This document shows positions 1 to 13,622 of a stretch of 64,000 bases of DNA, piece by piece. The DNA lies in assembly GCF_963921235.1 (NCBI RefSeq), contig NC_086097.1, positions 208,136,001-208,200,000 of the forward strand, given 5' to 3'. Position numbers and translations under genes: made by a program. How positions within the stretch are numbered: position 1 is the first letter of the stretch; each line of letters opens with the position of its first letter. Source of the DNA: Mobula hypostoma (lineage: Eukaryota). The notes beneath the pieces are model-generated. The model did not search any database and had not been told where the DNA came from. It was given only the letters and a program-made list of their open reading frames with translations.

Positions 1-374
1 ACAAATAAAGCTAATATTTTAAAAATCTTTATCTTCAACACTGAGCAACGCTTGTCCTGTCTCTTATGTCTGGCTCAGTTTTCTTTTCTTCCCCATGCTG
101 ACATGAAAAGTGGCAAACTGAACTCAAACAGCTGCTACTCCAGTACTGTAATGTGTGCTGAAGTTACAATTTATTCTGAGGTCAGTGATGCAAGTTCATG
201 GTTGACAGAGGAATCAATTTACATCAGACCTTACAGTCAAACGCACAGAAAGCTTGAACCTATGCTCTGCTGACTAAGAAATGAAATGATACACATTAAG
301 CAATGCTGCCACTCAGTTTGCAACTTCTTTCATCATTTTTCACTATTGTTAAATGTGTGGCAGAATAATGTAAT

Positions 375-2300
375 AAACAGGAGCAGGAATAAGCCACCTG
401 ACCTTTGATCCAGCTCCATCACTCAGGTAGTTCATGACTGATCCTTTATCTTACACATCATTTTTCTTGATTTATTTAATATACAGAAATTTATCAATCT
501 CTGTTTTGAGTGAATTGATAGCTAAGTTTCTACACTTTCTGGGATAGAGAATTCCAAGGATTCAACACCCTCTGAGTGAATTTCTATTTCCTCATTTCAG
601 TCCCAAGTGGCATTTTCTTTTGATAAGTATCTTCCCCTTTTTTTGTTAATCGTGCTAAGAATTTTGTATGATCAGTAAGTTCTCCTCCCTCTCTAAACTC
701 TAAATTTGTCTTGCCATACTGTCACATCACAATAGCTTTTTGTCGTGCGTACAAGGACTTCCAGAACCTTTGAACATCAACATTTCTCACTCTCACTCTC
801 TGACAGTTTAAAAAATATTCAGCTTTTCTGTTCTTTGCACACTGCCCTCCATCTTCCACTTTGTTGCTCACTCATTTAGCTTATCTATATGCCACTGTAG
901 CCTCTGTTCATATTTCCATTTGTTTTTGTGTCATTAATGAATATGGAAATATTAAAATTGCTTGGGAATAACTTGGGCCTGGGACCAGTCACTGTGGTAC
1001 TTCACAAATCACAGCCTGCCAACCTGAGACAGATTTGTTTCTCCTCACTACTTTCCATCTGTTGGTCAATTTTCCATATGAGTTAACATTACTTCCAACC
1101 CTTATGTACTCTAATCTTGCTGACAGCAATGTTACCTAAAGCCTTCTGAAAATTCAAATGCACCATTTACAGTAATTCCCCTCCATTTACTCTACGAGGT
1201 ATATCCTCAGAGCTCCAACGGATTATTCAGCCATTATTTCCTTTTAATCTCTGTTGACTCTGCTTAATTATATTATCATTTTCTAGATCTTTGAATCAGA
1301 ATCAGAATCAGAATCAGATATATTATCACCGGCATGTGACGTGAAATTTGTTAACTTAGCAGCAGCAGTTCAATGCAATACATAAGCCAGTAGAGAGAAA
1401 AAATAATAACAATAATAAGTAAAATAAAACATAATAATAAATAAACAATTAAATCAATTATGTATATTGAATAGGTTTTTTTTAAATGTGCAAAAACAGA
1501 AATACTATATATCGGAAAAAGTGAGGTAGTGTCCAAAGCTTCAATGTCCATTTAGGAATCAGATGGCAGAGGGGAAGAAGCTGTTCATGAATCGCTGAGC
1601 GTGTGCCTTCAGGCTTCTGTATCTCCTACCTGATGGTAACAGTGAGAAAAGGGCATGCCCTGGGTGCTGGAGGTCCTTAATGATGGACGCTGCCTTTCTA
1701 AGACACTGCTCCCTAAAGATGTCCTGGGTACTTTGTTGGCTAGGGCCCAAGATGGAGCTGACCAGATTTACAACCTTCTGCAGCTTCTTTTGGTCCTGTG
1801 CAGTAACCCCTCCATTCCAGCGAGTGATGCAGCCTGTCAGAATGCTTTCCATGGTACAACTATAGAAGTTTTTGAGTGTATTTGTTGACATGCCAAATCT
1901 CTTCAAACTCCTAATAAAGTACAGCCGCTGTCTTGCCTTCTTTATAACTACATCAATATGTTGGGAACAGGTTAGATCCCCAGAGATATTATCACAGCTA
2001 CTGATGTCAAACGAATAGATCGGATGTTCCAAATTTTGTCTCTCCCACTTTTCATAAGTAGTGGGGCTTACATTTGCACTTGTACATTTTGCAGGAGCCA
2101 TTCCAGTTTCCATGGAATTTTAGAAACTATTATCCAAAGATTTCAATATCACTATTGCCACATATCTCTGGAATGCAGACCATTCCATTATGTTGCTGGG
2201 ATTTATCAGTTTTCAACTTCATTCATTTCTCTAATTGTGATTATTCACTAATATTAGTTTCTTCTACTTCCACATTTGCTCTGGAACCCTTGGTTCCCCG
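375..2300 (-). mobile_element. Old degraded CR1 LINE (3' tail plus RT remnants), interrupted by Rex1 at 1293-1996
   Basis: CR1-type 3' tail in reverse at ~375-450. The minus-strand piece NVSPTTYEKWERQNLEHPIYSFDISS (~2000-2080) resembles the CR1 motif NVTPLFKKGGR..GNYRPVSLTS seen in younger copies here. Confidence 0.65.
1293..1996 (-). mobile_element. Rex1/Babar-type LINE 3' fragment
   Basis: ORF 1559-~1996 has KKARQRLYFIRSLKRF...HPGHALFSLLPSGRRYRS...SFFPSAI, the post-RT domain of Rex1-like LINEs. (GAATCA)n tail microsatellite at 1293-1318. Confidence 0.85.
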
Positions 2301-2324
2301 GTATCTTTTGGAGGTTTTTGTTTA

Positions 2325-2931
2325 TGAAACACCCCGCTTCTGTCGGCTGTGTAAGTCTAGGGAAGGCAATCTCCAGCCCTGTTAAACACGTGAGATTGAG
2401 TCACGAGCACACCCCAAAACCCGGTTTGTGTGGATGTTGTGTAATCCATTACGCTGTTACAAATAAGTGCCATGAAATAGCAGACAGAACACCACATAAA
2501 ATTGAAAGACTTAGCTATATAATTCTTAATTTGACAAAAGGGTTAGTACAGAAAGAACAAAAAAAGAAAAGGGCCCATTTTAATGAAACTGTCTAATTGC
2601 ACAAGTTGGAGCTCACGGTTTCCCCATCTCCGATCCTCCTTCGATCTCACCCCAGGCTTCGTTGAATTACGGCTCTACTCCAGATCGAATCCTACAACCT
2701 CTTCTCTCTGGTGTCTTCTCTCTTTATCTCCTTCACTAAAGACCCCAAGCCCGATCTTAATGTCCCTCACCAGAGAAACCTCCCCTTAATCCGGCCATCC
2801 TAATTGGATGGCACAGAATTCTTCTATCTCTTACTTCAACAGTAACCCAAACAAGCAACTCACAGAGAACAGCACAAAAATCAAATACAGAACAGCATAA
2901 CAGTAAAAAAAATATGACCCAGGGAATTACA
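2325..2931. mobile_element. Solo LTR (Gypsy/ERV type)
   Basis: TG...CA termini (TGAAACACCCCG...CCCAGGGAATTACA) with 4-bp TSD TTTA (2321-2324 / 2932-2935). No coding capacity. Confidence 0.75.
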
Positions 2932-3764
2932 TTTATTTTTGTGAACACATAGAAGTAAAACACGTTTAATTCCTCTACCATTTCCTTATTTTCATCATAA
3001 GTTTTACAGAGCAGTGCTGTAAAATAACTTTGTATAAAATTAGCAACTATTTAATTGTTACTTTGACCATGAAGTGAATAGTTATCAATTTTTTAAAACA
3101 TTATGAAGTCAAATTGAATGTGTATTGCAACTTAATGTCATATTGTCAGTGAAATTTCCTATGCTTGACATTTATTAAATGAAGTGTTTAAATTAACCCA
3201 AATTGCTGACATTTTAAATACATTTTCTTAAATTACCAAGCAGTTAGAAAGATGATCAAAACCTAGGGTCAGTTTTATTAGCAAGACATAAATCATATGC
3301 TTTCCTGGTTGGACAAGCTGGAATTGTGAAGCATTACCCCAGTTGCCAGCAAGCATTACTCTAATTGCCAGAGATAATCATCCAAACTAAAAGAAACGTA
3401 GAAATTAGTCTATTTTTGATCTTTCGTTGTGCAGCATTTCTTGATAATTGTCAGCAGCTGCTGAGAATATTATAATCCAGTCAAAACTGATCTGAATAAG
3501 AGTTGCCTTGTGATTCTAATTTTTATCCTGAAAATTTTTCTAAATTAAGGAAGATGCCAGGAGCTTCATTTAGGATTTTATTTAGATAGAACACTGGGTG
3601 TAACCGTGGTACAGAATATCCGTAAATTTGCAATCTCATTCAAAGATGAGCTCAAAGTGGTTAAACAATGTGTGGGGAGTTTTAACATCAGGTAGTGCAT
3701 GGGTTTATTTGTGGGTGGAAGTTAAATCTGCTGAAATCAATGAAGCACAATATCAGTTTATTAA

Positions 3765-4760
3765 TTTGGTACTGGTATTGGTTTATTCTTGTCACATGTA
3801 CAAAGATATAGTGACAAGCTTTTGTTTCGTGTGCCATCCAGACAGATCATGGTATACATAATTCAAGATTCAAATTTCAGGATCTTGAATCTTAAAAAAT
3901 TATTTTCAGGTCGTAAAGAGAAAACAGAATGCAGTACAGAGAAAGCACAGGGAGGGTAGACAAGTTAAAGTACATGAACCATGACAAGTTAAATTGGGAG
4001 ATGAAGAAATCATCTTTTAGAATATGACAGACTTGTACAACAGTCTGATAACAGTGGGCTAGAAACATTCCCTCAGGGCAACGGTGCGTGCTCTCAGACT
4101 TTTCTACCTTCTGCCTAACGGGAGAAGGGAGAAGAGAAAAAGAATAGTATGGGAAAAGCCCTTGATTATGTTTGCTGCTTTCCTGAGTCAGCAGGAAATG
4201 TAAATGGAGTCTATGGAGGACAGGTTGTTTTGCGTGATCTACTTGGCTGTACTCACACCTCTTCAATTTCTTGCATTCTTTAGCAGAGCAGTTGCTGGAA
4301 TGGATCTGAATGTTTACTGACGATAGAATAGTTTCTATGGTGCATACAGTTCGTAAACATCATCACGCACATGCCAAATTTCCTTAGCCTTCTGAGGAAG
4401 TAGGGGCATTAGTGAGCATTTTTTTTGGCGATAGCATCTACTTGGCAGGATAAGAACAAATTGCTGGTGATATTTTAAAAACGCAAACAACAGGAATTCT
4501 GCAGATGCTGGAAATTCAAGCAATACACACCAAAGTTGCTGGTGAACGCAGCAGGCCAGGCAGCAACTCTAGGAAGAGGTACAGTCGATGTTTCAGGCCG
4601 AGACCCTTCGTCAGGACTTCCTGACCCTTCCTGACGAAGGGTCTCGACCTGAAATGTCGACTGTACCTCTTCCTAGAGATGCTGCCTGGCCTGCTGCATT
4701 CACCAGCAACTTTGATGTGAGTTGCTGGTGATACGTATACCAAGGAAGCTCTTCAGCTTT
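3765..4760 (-). mobile_element. Degraded Rex1-type LINE 3' fragment, interrupted by a mini-Penelope hairpin
   Basis: Minus-strand remnants of the same post-RT region as 1293-1996. The LINE sequence resumes after the TSD at 4722-4733. Confidence 0.7.
4473..4726. mobile_element. Mini-Penelope hairpin: inverted terminal arms with two hammerhead motifs plus ~40-nt tail
   Basis: Arms ~4520-4618 and ~4629-4726 are reverse complements and resemble the ends of the Penelope at 16397-18658. Direct repeat TTGCTGGTGATA at 4461-4472 and 4722-4733. Confidence 0.85.
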
Positions 4761-4825
4761 AATCCAGCGCAAATGTACAAATTCCTTGTCAAAAGGGACT
4801 TGTATTTGAGTATAGGAATAGAATG

Positions 4826-7800
4826 AGGTGGAGGATAAATGTGTAGCTGAAGGATTAGAGCAGGGGCCAGGGATTTAGATTTTTGGATCATTGGGGCCTC
4901 TTCTGGTGCAGGTGTGATCTGTACAAAAAGGATGGGATGCACTTGAATCCAAGGGGGCACCAATATCCTGGCAGGGATAATGCTATTGGGGAGGGTTTAA
5001 ACTAGATTTGCAGGGGGTGGGGACCAAAGTGAAAAGGCAGAGGATGGGGAGATTGGAGCATAAGCAGAGACAACTTGTAGGGAGTTTGTGAGGAAGGATA
5101 GGCAGATGTTAGAGCGAAAATACACTCAATCTGATGGTTTGAGATGTGTCAATTTTAATACAAGGAGTATCATAAACAAGGCAGATGAACTTAGAGTGTG
5201 GATCAATACGTGGAACTGTGATGATGTGGCCGTTACAGAGACTTGGATGTCTCAGGAGCAGGAATGACTGCTGAGTGTGCCAGGCTTTAGGTATTTCACA
5301 AGGAACAGGGAGGGAGGCAAAAGAGGTGGGGACATGGCATTGCTAATTAGGGTAGTGTCATGGCTACAGAAAAGGAGGAAGTCATGGAGGGATACTCTAC
5401 TGAGTCAATGTAGGTGGAAGTCAGAAACAGGAAAGGGGCAATAACTCTTCCAGGTGTTTTTATAGACCCCCCCCCCCCATAGTAATAGGGATATTGAGGA
5501 GAAGATAGGGAGGCAAATTCTGGAATGGTGCAATAAAAATAGGGTTATTGTGATAGGAGATTTTAACTTTCCTAATACTGATTGGCATCTCCTTAGCACA
5601 AGGAATTTAGATGGGGTCGAGTTTGTTAGGTGTGTTCAGGAAGGTTTCCTGACACAGTATATAGATAAGCCAACTAGAGGAGAGGCTATACTTGATTTGA
5701 TATTGGGAAATGAACCTGGTCAGATGTCAGATCTCTTGGTGGGAGAGCATTTTGGAGGTAGTGACCACAACTCTATCTCCTTCACCATGGCGCTGGAGAG
5801 GGATAGGAGCAGACAACTTGGGAAAACATTTAATTGGGTTAGGGGGAAATATGATGCTATCAGGCAGTTACTTGGGAACATAAATTGGGAGGAGATGTTC
5901 TCAGGAAACTGCACGGCAGAAATGTGGCAAATGTTCAGGGAACATTGGCATGGAGTTCTGCATAAGTATGTCCCATTGAGGCAGGGAAAGGATGGTAGGG
6001 TTCAAGAACAATGGTGCACAAAGTATGTAGAAAATCTAGTTATGAAGAAAAGAAAAGCTTATGAAAGGTTCAAGAAACTAGGTACTGTTAGAACTCTAGA
6101 AAATTACAAGGTTGCTAGGAAGGAACTTAAGAATGGAATTAGGAGAGCCAGAAGGGGCCATGAGAAGGCCTTGGTGAGCAGGATTAAGGGAAGTCCCAAG
6201 GCATTCTACAAGTATGTGAAGAGCAAGAGGATAAGATGTGAGAGAATAGGACAAATCAGGTGTGATAGTGGAAATGTGTGCATGGAGTCAGAGGAGGTAG
6301 CGGAGGTACTTAATGAATACTTTGCTTCAGTATTCACCAGGGAAAAAGACCTTGGCAGTTGTAAGGATGACTTACAGAGGACTGAAACACTTGAGCATAT
6401 AGACTTTAAGAAAGAGGATGTCCTGGAGCTTTTGAAAAGCACAAAGTTTGATAAGACACTGGGACTGGATGAAATATACCCCAGGCTACTGTGGGCAGCG
6501 AGGGGGGAGGTTGCTGAGACTCTTGCCATGATCTTTGCGTCATCAATAGGGACAGGAGAAGTACTGGAGGATTGGAGGGTTGCAAATGTTGTTCCCTTGT
6601 TCAAGAAAGGGAGTAGAGATAATCCAGGAAATTATAGACCAGTGAGTCTTACTTCAGTGGTGGGCAAGTAGTTGGAGAAGATCCTGAGAGGCAGGATTTA
6701 TGAGCATTTGGAGAGACATAATCTGATTAGGGATAGTCAGCATGGCTTTGTCAAGGGCAGGTCATGCCTTACAAGCCTGATTGGATTCTTTGAGGATGTA
6801 ACAAAACACATTGATGAAGGCAGAGCAGTAGATGTAGATGTATGGATTTCAGTAAGGCATTTGAAAAGGTTCCCCATGCAAGGCTCCTTCAAAAAGTAAG
6901 TAGCTGTAGGATCCAAGGAGACCTAGCTTTGTGGATCCAGAATTGGCTTGCCCACAGAAGGCAAAGGGTGGTTGTAGATGGTTCATTTTCTACAAGGAGT
7001 TCAGTGACCTGTGGTATTCCGCAGGGATCTGTTCTGGGACCCCTCTTCTTTGTGATTTTTATAAATGACCTGGATGAGAATGTAGAAGGGTGGGTTGGTA
7101 AGTTTGCTGATGACACAAAAATTGGAGATGTTGTGGATAGTCTGGAGGGTTGTCAGAGGTTATAGTGGGACATCAATAGGATGCAGAACTGGGCTGAAAA
7201 GTGGCAGATTGTCTTCAACCCAGATAAGTGTGAAGTGGTTCATTTTGGTAGGTTCAATTTGAAGACAGAATATAATATAAACGGTAAGAATCTAGATAGT
7301 GTGGAGGATCTGAGAGCTCTTGGGGTCAGTGTTGATAGGACACTCAAAGCTGCTGCGCAGGTTGACAGTGTTGTTAAGAAGGCGTATGGTGTGTTGGTAT
7401 TCATCAACCATGGGACTGAGTTCAAGAGCTGTGAAGTAATGTTACAGCTATATAAGACCTTGCTCAGACCCCACTTGGAGCATTGTGTTCAGTTCTAGTC
7501 ATTTCACTACAGGAGGGATGTGGATAGAGAGAGTACAGAGAAGATTTACAAGGATGTTGCCTGATTTGGAGGGTGTAACTTATGAGAATAGGTTGAGTGC
7601 ACTTGGTCTTTTCTCCTTGGAGCAACGGAGGATGAGAGATGACCTGACAGAGGTGTATAAGATGATGAGGGGCATTGATCGTGTGGATAACTAGAGGCTT
7701 TTTCCCAGGCTGAAATGGCTAGCACAAGGAGGCATAGTTTTAAGGTGCTTGGAAATAGGTACCAAGGGGATGTCAGGGGTAAGCTTTTCACACAGAGAGT

Positions 7801-8006
7801 GGTGGCTGCGTGGAATGCGCTGCCAGCGGTGGTGGTGGAAGCAGATACAATAGGGTCTTTTAAGAGTCTCTTAGATATAGGTACATGGAGCTTAGAAAAA
7901 TAGAGGGCTATGCGCTAATGAAATTCTAGGCAGTTTCTAGAGTAAGTTACATGGTCGCCATTGTGCTGAAGGCCCTGTAATGTGCTGTAAGTTTCTATGT
8001 TCTATG
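4826..8006 (+). mobile_element. CR1 LINE, 5'-truncated within ORF1; ORF2 (endonuclease + RT) disrupted
   Basis: ORF1 esterase end (FLDHW...LYKKDGMHLN) at ~4875-4950. Endonuclease motifs GDFNFP and SDHN. RT motifs [27 protein letters not shown]. Stops and frameshifts at ~6669, 6840 and 7163. TTCTATG tail at 7993-8006. Confidence 0.95.
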
Positions 8007-8059
8007 AATTTCATGTATATCATCCCAGAAACGCATAAACAAAATCAGGATAAGAGCAC

Positions 8060-8655
8060 AGCTTCTAGGCTCAGGTCGAGGGCCTCCATCAGTCAGAGTT
8101 GACCATAGATATTGCATCCTAGCTGTCTGGATATGCAAGCCTGGGCAGTAGGAAATGGAGAGAAAGCTGTTGCCCATGCAGCAAGCTCCCCCTCTCCATA
8201 CATTTGATGAACCCAAAGGAACGGCAGAGACCAATAAAATTTGGTGCCAACAGCATCACAGGAGTTGCCGGTCAACATTGGTCTCAATGTAGGACTGCCT
8301 TAAGGACTCCAGCTCCAAATTTTTCCTTGGGTTTTACTCCAGAAGCCTTCACCTTGAGGGGGTAGAGCTGCAAGCCAATGGAAGTTTGAGATCAGAGTTT
8401 TCCTTCTTCTAGATGAGCTGCCAATCACGGCTGACTTGACCCATCTGTCTGAAGCAGCTGGTTTTAAGGTGCCAGTAACCCACCTTTGCCCCTTCTCTTG
8501 TCAGCAGAAATGGGCTTCGTCGCCAAGCCACACATGAAGGCCAGGAGCTAGACTTGGTTGTCAGAATCTATTTGAGGTGCACGGCATTGGAAGCATTTAA
8601 TAGGAAGTGGGAGCTTGTCCCCATTACCACCCCCCGGCTAAAACAACCTTAAGGA
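8060..8655. repeat. Unclassified interspersed repeat, possibly RTE-like 5' UTR derived
   Basis: GC-richer non-coding block between AT-rich flanks. It resembles RTE-type untranslated sequence from recall only. Confidence 0.3.
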
Positions 8656-9180
8656 ACCAAGATCAGTCAATATCAGGGAAACACAGCACTTAATGCTTAA
8701 TAGTCATAGCCAGGTTTTTACCAGTTAACTGACTGCATACCTTCACCAAGCATTTACCTTCTGTGACTTAGAGACTTTACTTACCTGCTTGATGTTTAAG
8801 TCATTTGTTTAGGACAGTGTAAGGAAGTTGTAGCCAGCTGAAAAGGACTTGCTGCCAGCTTGGCCTTGTGAATGTATCACAATTAGCTGTCAAAGCCAAC
8901 ATTACTCTCAATATCTTTAGAAGCTTCTTGGATTTTTACTAGAAATAAGTTCCAAATCTCTCAGTTAAAGGGTCATGTGGTGATCAACGGCTTGTTTTCC
9001 AGAGCCGGCATTTATGTCAACCTTGCTTAAGGTCAAATAACTAAATCTTCAACTTGTGTTTAAACACATATTTTGACATCAAACTTACATCACTGATGCA
9101 ACAGGACATGTGGTTGTCCAATATTTAAGTATGTTACTGGGTAGCTGGGAAGTTTCCATGGTGATGAGAATGTGACAATA

Positions 9181-12100
9181 TAAGACTGTAAGACCACAAG
9201 GCATATGGCAGAATTAGGCCATTTGGCCCATTGTGTCTGCTTCAACATTATATCGTGGCTGATTTATTATCCCTCTTAAACTCTGCTTTAAATATACACA
9301 GTGACGGCCTCCACAGCTGTCTGTGGCAATGAATTCCCCCATCTACACCTTGGACTTCAACTATTGCACAGAGTCTTGTCATCTTCAGAAGTTTTCTGAT
9401 GACTCTGCCATAGTTGGATGCATCAGCAAGGGAGATGAAGCTGAGTACAGGGCTACGGTAGGAAACTGTGTCACATGGTGTGAGCAGAATTATCTGCAGC
9501 TTAATGTGAAAAAGACTAAGGAGCTGGTGGTGGACCTGAGGAGGGCTAAGGCACCGGTGACCCCTGTTTCCGTCCAGGGGGTCAGTGTGGACATTGTGGA
9601 GGAATACAAATACCTGGGAATACGAATTGACAATAAACTGGACTGGTCAAAGAACGCTGAGGCTGTCTACAAGAAGGGTCAGAGCCGTCTCTATTTCCTG
9701 AGAAGACTGAGGTCCTTTAACATCTGTCGGACGATGCTGAGGATGTTCTACGAGTCTGTGGTGGTCAGTGCTATCATGTTTGCTGTTGTGTGCTGGGGCA
9801 GTAGGCTGAGGGTAGCAGACACCAACAGAATCAACAAACTCATTCGTGAGGCCAGTGATGTTGTGGGGATGGAACTGGACTCTCTGACGGAGGCGTCTGA
9901 AAAGAGGGTGCTGTCCAAGTTGCATGCCATCTTGGACAATGTCTCCCATCCATTACATAATGTACTGGTTGGGCACAGGAGTACATTCAGCCAGAGACTC
10001 ATTCCACCAAGATGCAACACTGAGCGTCATAGGAAGTCATTCCTGCCTGTGGCCATCAAACATTACAACTCCTCCCTTGGAGTGTCAGACACTCTGAGCC
10101 AATAGGCTGTTCCTGGACTTATTTCCATCTGGCATAATTTACATATTATTTAGTTATTTATGGTTTTATATTGCTATATTTATACTCTATTCTTGGTTGG
10201 TGCAACTGTAACGAAACCCAATTTCCCTTGGGATCAATAAAGTATGTCTATCTATCTATCTATTCACCACCCTCTAGATAAAGAGATTTCTCTTCATCTC
10301 TGTTCTAAAGGGATGTCTTTCAATTCTGAGGTTGTGCCCTTTGGTTCTAGGCTCGCCCACTATAGAAACATCTTCCCCACATCCACTCTCTCCAGGTGTT
10401 TCAACATTTGATAGGTTTCAATGAGATTCCCCCTCATTCTTCTAAACTCCAGTGAGTACGGACTCAGAGCCATCAAACACTCATCATGTTCACTTTCATT
10501 CCCAGAATAATTCTCATAAACTTCCCCTAGGCCCTCTCCAATGCCAGTTCGTCTTTTTCATTGATAAGGGACTCAAAACTGCGTACAATACTCCAAGTGC
10601 ATCTGACCCAAGTCTTATAGAGCCTCAACATTGCATCCTCACATTCATATATTATTCCTCTCAAAATGAATGCTAACATTGCATGTGTCACGGACTCAAG
10701 TTAACCTTTAGGAAATCCTGCACAGGGTCTTCCAAGTCCATTTGCACCCTGGATTTTTAAATTTTCTCCCCATTTAGAAAATAGTCTATGCCTTTATTCC
10801 TTCCACCAAAGTGCATAACCATACATTTCCCTATACTATATTGTATCTGCCACTTCTTTGCCCATTCTCCCAATCTGTCTAACTCCTTGCTTCCTCAACA
10901 CTACTTAGTCCTCCACCCATCTTTGTATCATCTGCAAACTTGACACAAAGACGTCAACCCCCTCATCAAAATCATTGATATACTATATAATGTGAAAAGA
11001 AGCGGTCCCAATACTGAACCCTATGGAACGCCACTAGTCACTGGCAGCCAACAAGAAAAGGCCCCCTTAATTCGCATTCATTTCCTCCTGCCATTCAGCC
11101 AATTTTCTATCCATGCTAGTATCTTTCTCGTTTTGTCACGCAGTCCCTTGTATAACACCTTGGCAAAGACTTCCGAAAATCCAAATAAACAACATCCACT
11201 GACTCTCCTTTATCTATCTTCCCTGCTGTTTTCTCAAAGAATTCCAACAGATCTGTCAAACAAGATTTCCCCTTAAGCAAACCATACTGACATTGGCTTA
11301 TTTAATCATACAACTCCAAATACCCTGAAAACTCATCTTTAATAATAGACTTCAATATCTTCCCAATCGCAGAGTTCAGGCTAACTGGGCTATAGTTTAC
11401 TCACTTCTGCCCCCTGACACTCTCAAATATCTGGCATGTGCTGGTATCTTCCACAGTGAAGACTGATGTTAAAGAATTATGTCCACAATTTCTTTATGTC
11501 CCATTACTACCTCTTCAGCATCATTTTCCAGTCATCTGATATCCACTCTCCCCTCTCTTTTACTCTCTATATATGGGAAAAAAATTTGTATTCTCTTTTA
11601 TACTATTGGTTATCTTATCTTCATATTTCATCTTTTCTCTCCATATGTTGTTTTTCTGGTTAACTTCTGTTGGTTTTTAAAAGCTTCCCAATCCCCTAAC
11701 ATCCCACTATTTTTGCTATAGTAAATGCCTTCTCTTTTGCTTTGACTTCCCTTGTCAGATATGGTTGCATCAACCTCCCTTGAGAATTCTTCTTCATCCT
11801 TGGGTTTTTCAACCTTCCTCTCTCAGGCCTCTGCAATTGCCATTACTCAACTGTAATACTGAAACATCTGACTTTATCTTCTCCTTCTCAAACTTCAGGA
11901 TGAATTCTACCACATTATGATCATTTCCTCCTAAGAGTTCCTATGCTCACTAATCAACTCTGGCTTATTACACCACATCCACTTCAGAATTGCCTTTCAC
12001 CTAGTGGGCTCAAGCTGATCTAAAAATACATCTCACTGCAATCTACAAATTCCCTCTTTTGGGATCCAGCACCAATGACTTCCCCAATCTTCCTGTATCG

Positions 12101-12560
12101 TTAAATCTTCTGTGGCTATCATAATATTGTTCTTTTTACATACCTCTTTAATCTTCTGTTTTAATTTGTGTCCCACATCCTGGCGACTGTCCAAAGGCCT
12201 GTATATAACACCCTTCAGAGTCTTCTTTAGCCTTGCGGTTTCTTAGCTCTACCCACAAGGATTCAACATCTTCCAATCCTATATCACCTGTTTCTAAGGA
12301 TTTGATTTCACTATCTGCCTACCTGTCTGTCCTTTTGATACAATGTGTACGCTTGGATGTTAAGATCCCAACTTCTCCCAGCTATGTCTGAGTGATATCC
12401 ACACTTCATACCTGCCAATTTCTAACTGCACTACAAGATACCTCATTCCATATACTGTGTGCATTCAAATATAACACTTCCAATCCTGTTTTCATCACCC
12501 TTTTCAATTTTGTCCCTTTATCTGCCTGTCCTTCTTCACAGTCTCACTACACTCTGCCTC
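9181..12560 (-). mobile_element. Degraded CR1 LINE ORF2, interrupted by Rex1 at 9341-10262
   Basis: Reverse CR1 tail at 9181. Reverse RT remnants at 10263-11400. Start of the endonuclease (LYLNAHS) near 12455-12490. Confidence 0.85.
9341..10262 (+). mobile_element. Relatively young Rex1/Babar LINE, 5'-truncated
   Basis: Uninterrupted ORF to 10105 with KFSDDSAIVG, LNVKKTKELVVD, RLYFLRRL. AATAAA at ~10236 and (TATC)n tail. Confidence 0.9.
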
Positions 12561-12564
12561 TACT

Positions 12565-13620
12565 TGTATGCATTGGTCATGATCTTTCAAGAATTACTTG
12601 ATTCTGGCATGGTCCTGGAGGACTGGAAAGTTGTGAATGTCACTCCACTCTTTAAGAAAGGAAGAAGGCAAAAGAAAGGAAATTATAGGCCAGTTAGCCT
12701 AACCTGAGTGGTTGGGAAAGTGTTGGAGTCTATATTAAAGATGAGGTTTCAGGGTACTTGGAGACTCATGATAAAATACCAGTAAGTCAAAGTCAGCATG
12801 ATTTTTGTTGAGGGAAATCTTGCCTGACAAATCTATTAGAGTTCTTTGAGGACGTAACAAATAGGGTGGACAAAGGAGAGGCGAGGATGTAATTTACTTG
12901 GATTTTCAGAAGGTGTTTGACAAGGTGCCATACATAAGGCTGCTTAACAAGATAAAATCCTATGGTATTACAGAAAAGATACTGGCATAGATAGAGGAAT
13001 GGTTGACAGGCAGGAAGCAGCAAGTGGGAATAAAAGGGGCCTTTTCTGGTTGGCTTCCAGTGACTAGTAGTGTTCCTCAGGGCTCAGTATTGGGACTGCT
13101 GCTTTTCACATTGTTTGTCAATGACTTAGATAATGGAATTGATGGTTTTTGCAGATGATAAGAAGATAGGTGGAGCGGTAATTAGTACTGAGGAAGCAAT
13201 GTGATTGCAGCAGGACTTAGACAAATTGGATGAATGGGCAAAAAAGTGGCAATGGAATACAGTGTTGGGAAATGAATGATTATACATTTTGATAAAAGGA
13301 ACAATAGTGCGGACTATTATCTAATTGGAGAAAAGTTTCAAATATCAGAGGTTCAGAGGGACTTAGGAGTCCTTGTGCAAGACTCCCAGAAGGTTAATTT
13401 ACAGGTTGAGTCTGTGGTAAGAAGGCAAATGCAATGTTGCCATTTATTTCAAGGGAAAGTAGTATATAGAAGCAAAGAGACAATGTTGAGGCTTTATAAG
13501 ACAGGCTACACTTGAAATATTGTCAACAGTTTTGGGACCCATATCTCAAAAAGGATGTAATAACATTGAAGAGAGTTCAGAGGAGGTTCACGAGGATGAT
13601 TCCGGGAGTGAAGATGTTAA
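12565..13620 (+). mobile_element. CR1 RT fragment
   Basis: DWKVVNVTPLFKKG..GNYRPVSLT, PQGSVLG and VQRDLGVLV with multiple disruptions. It ends at the Tc1 insertion. Confidence 0.9.
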
Positions 13621-13622
13621 TA

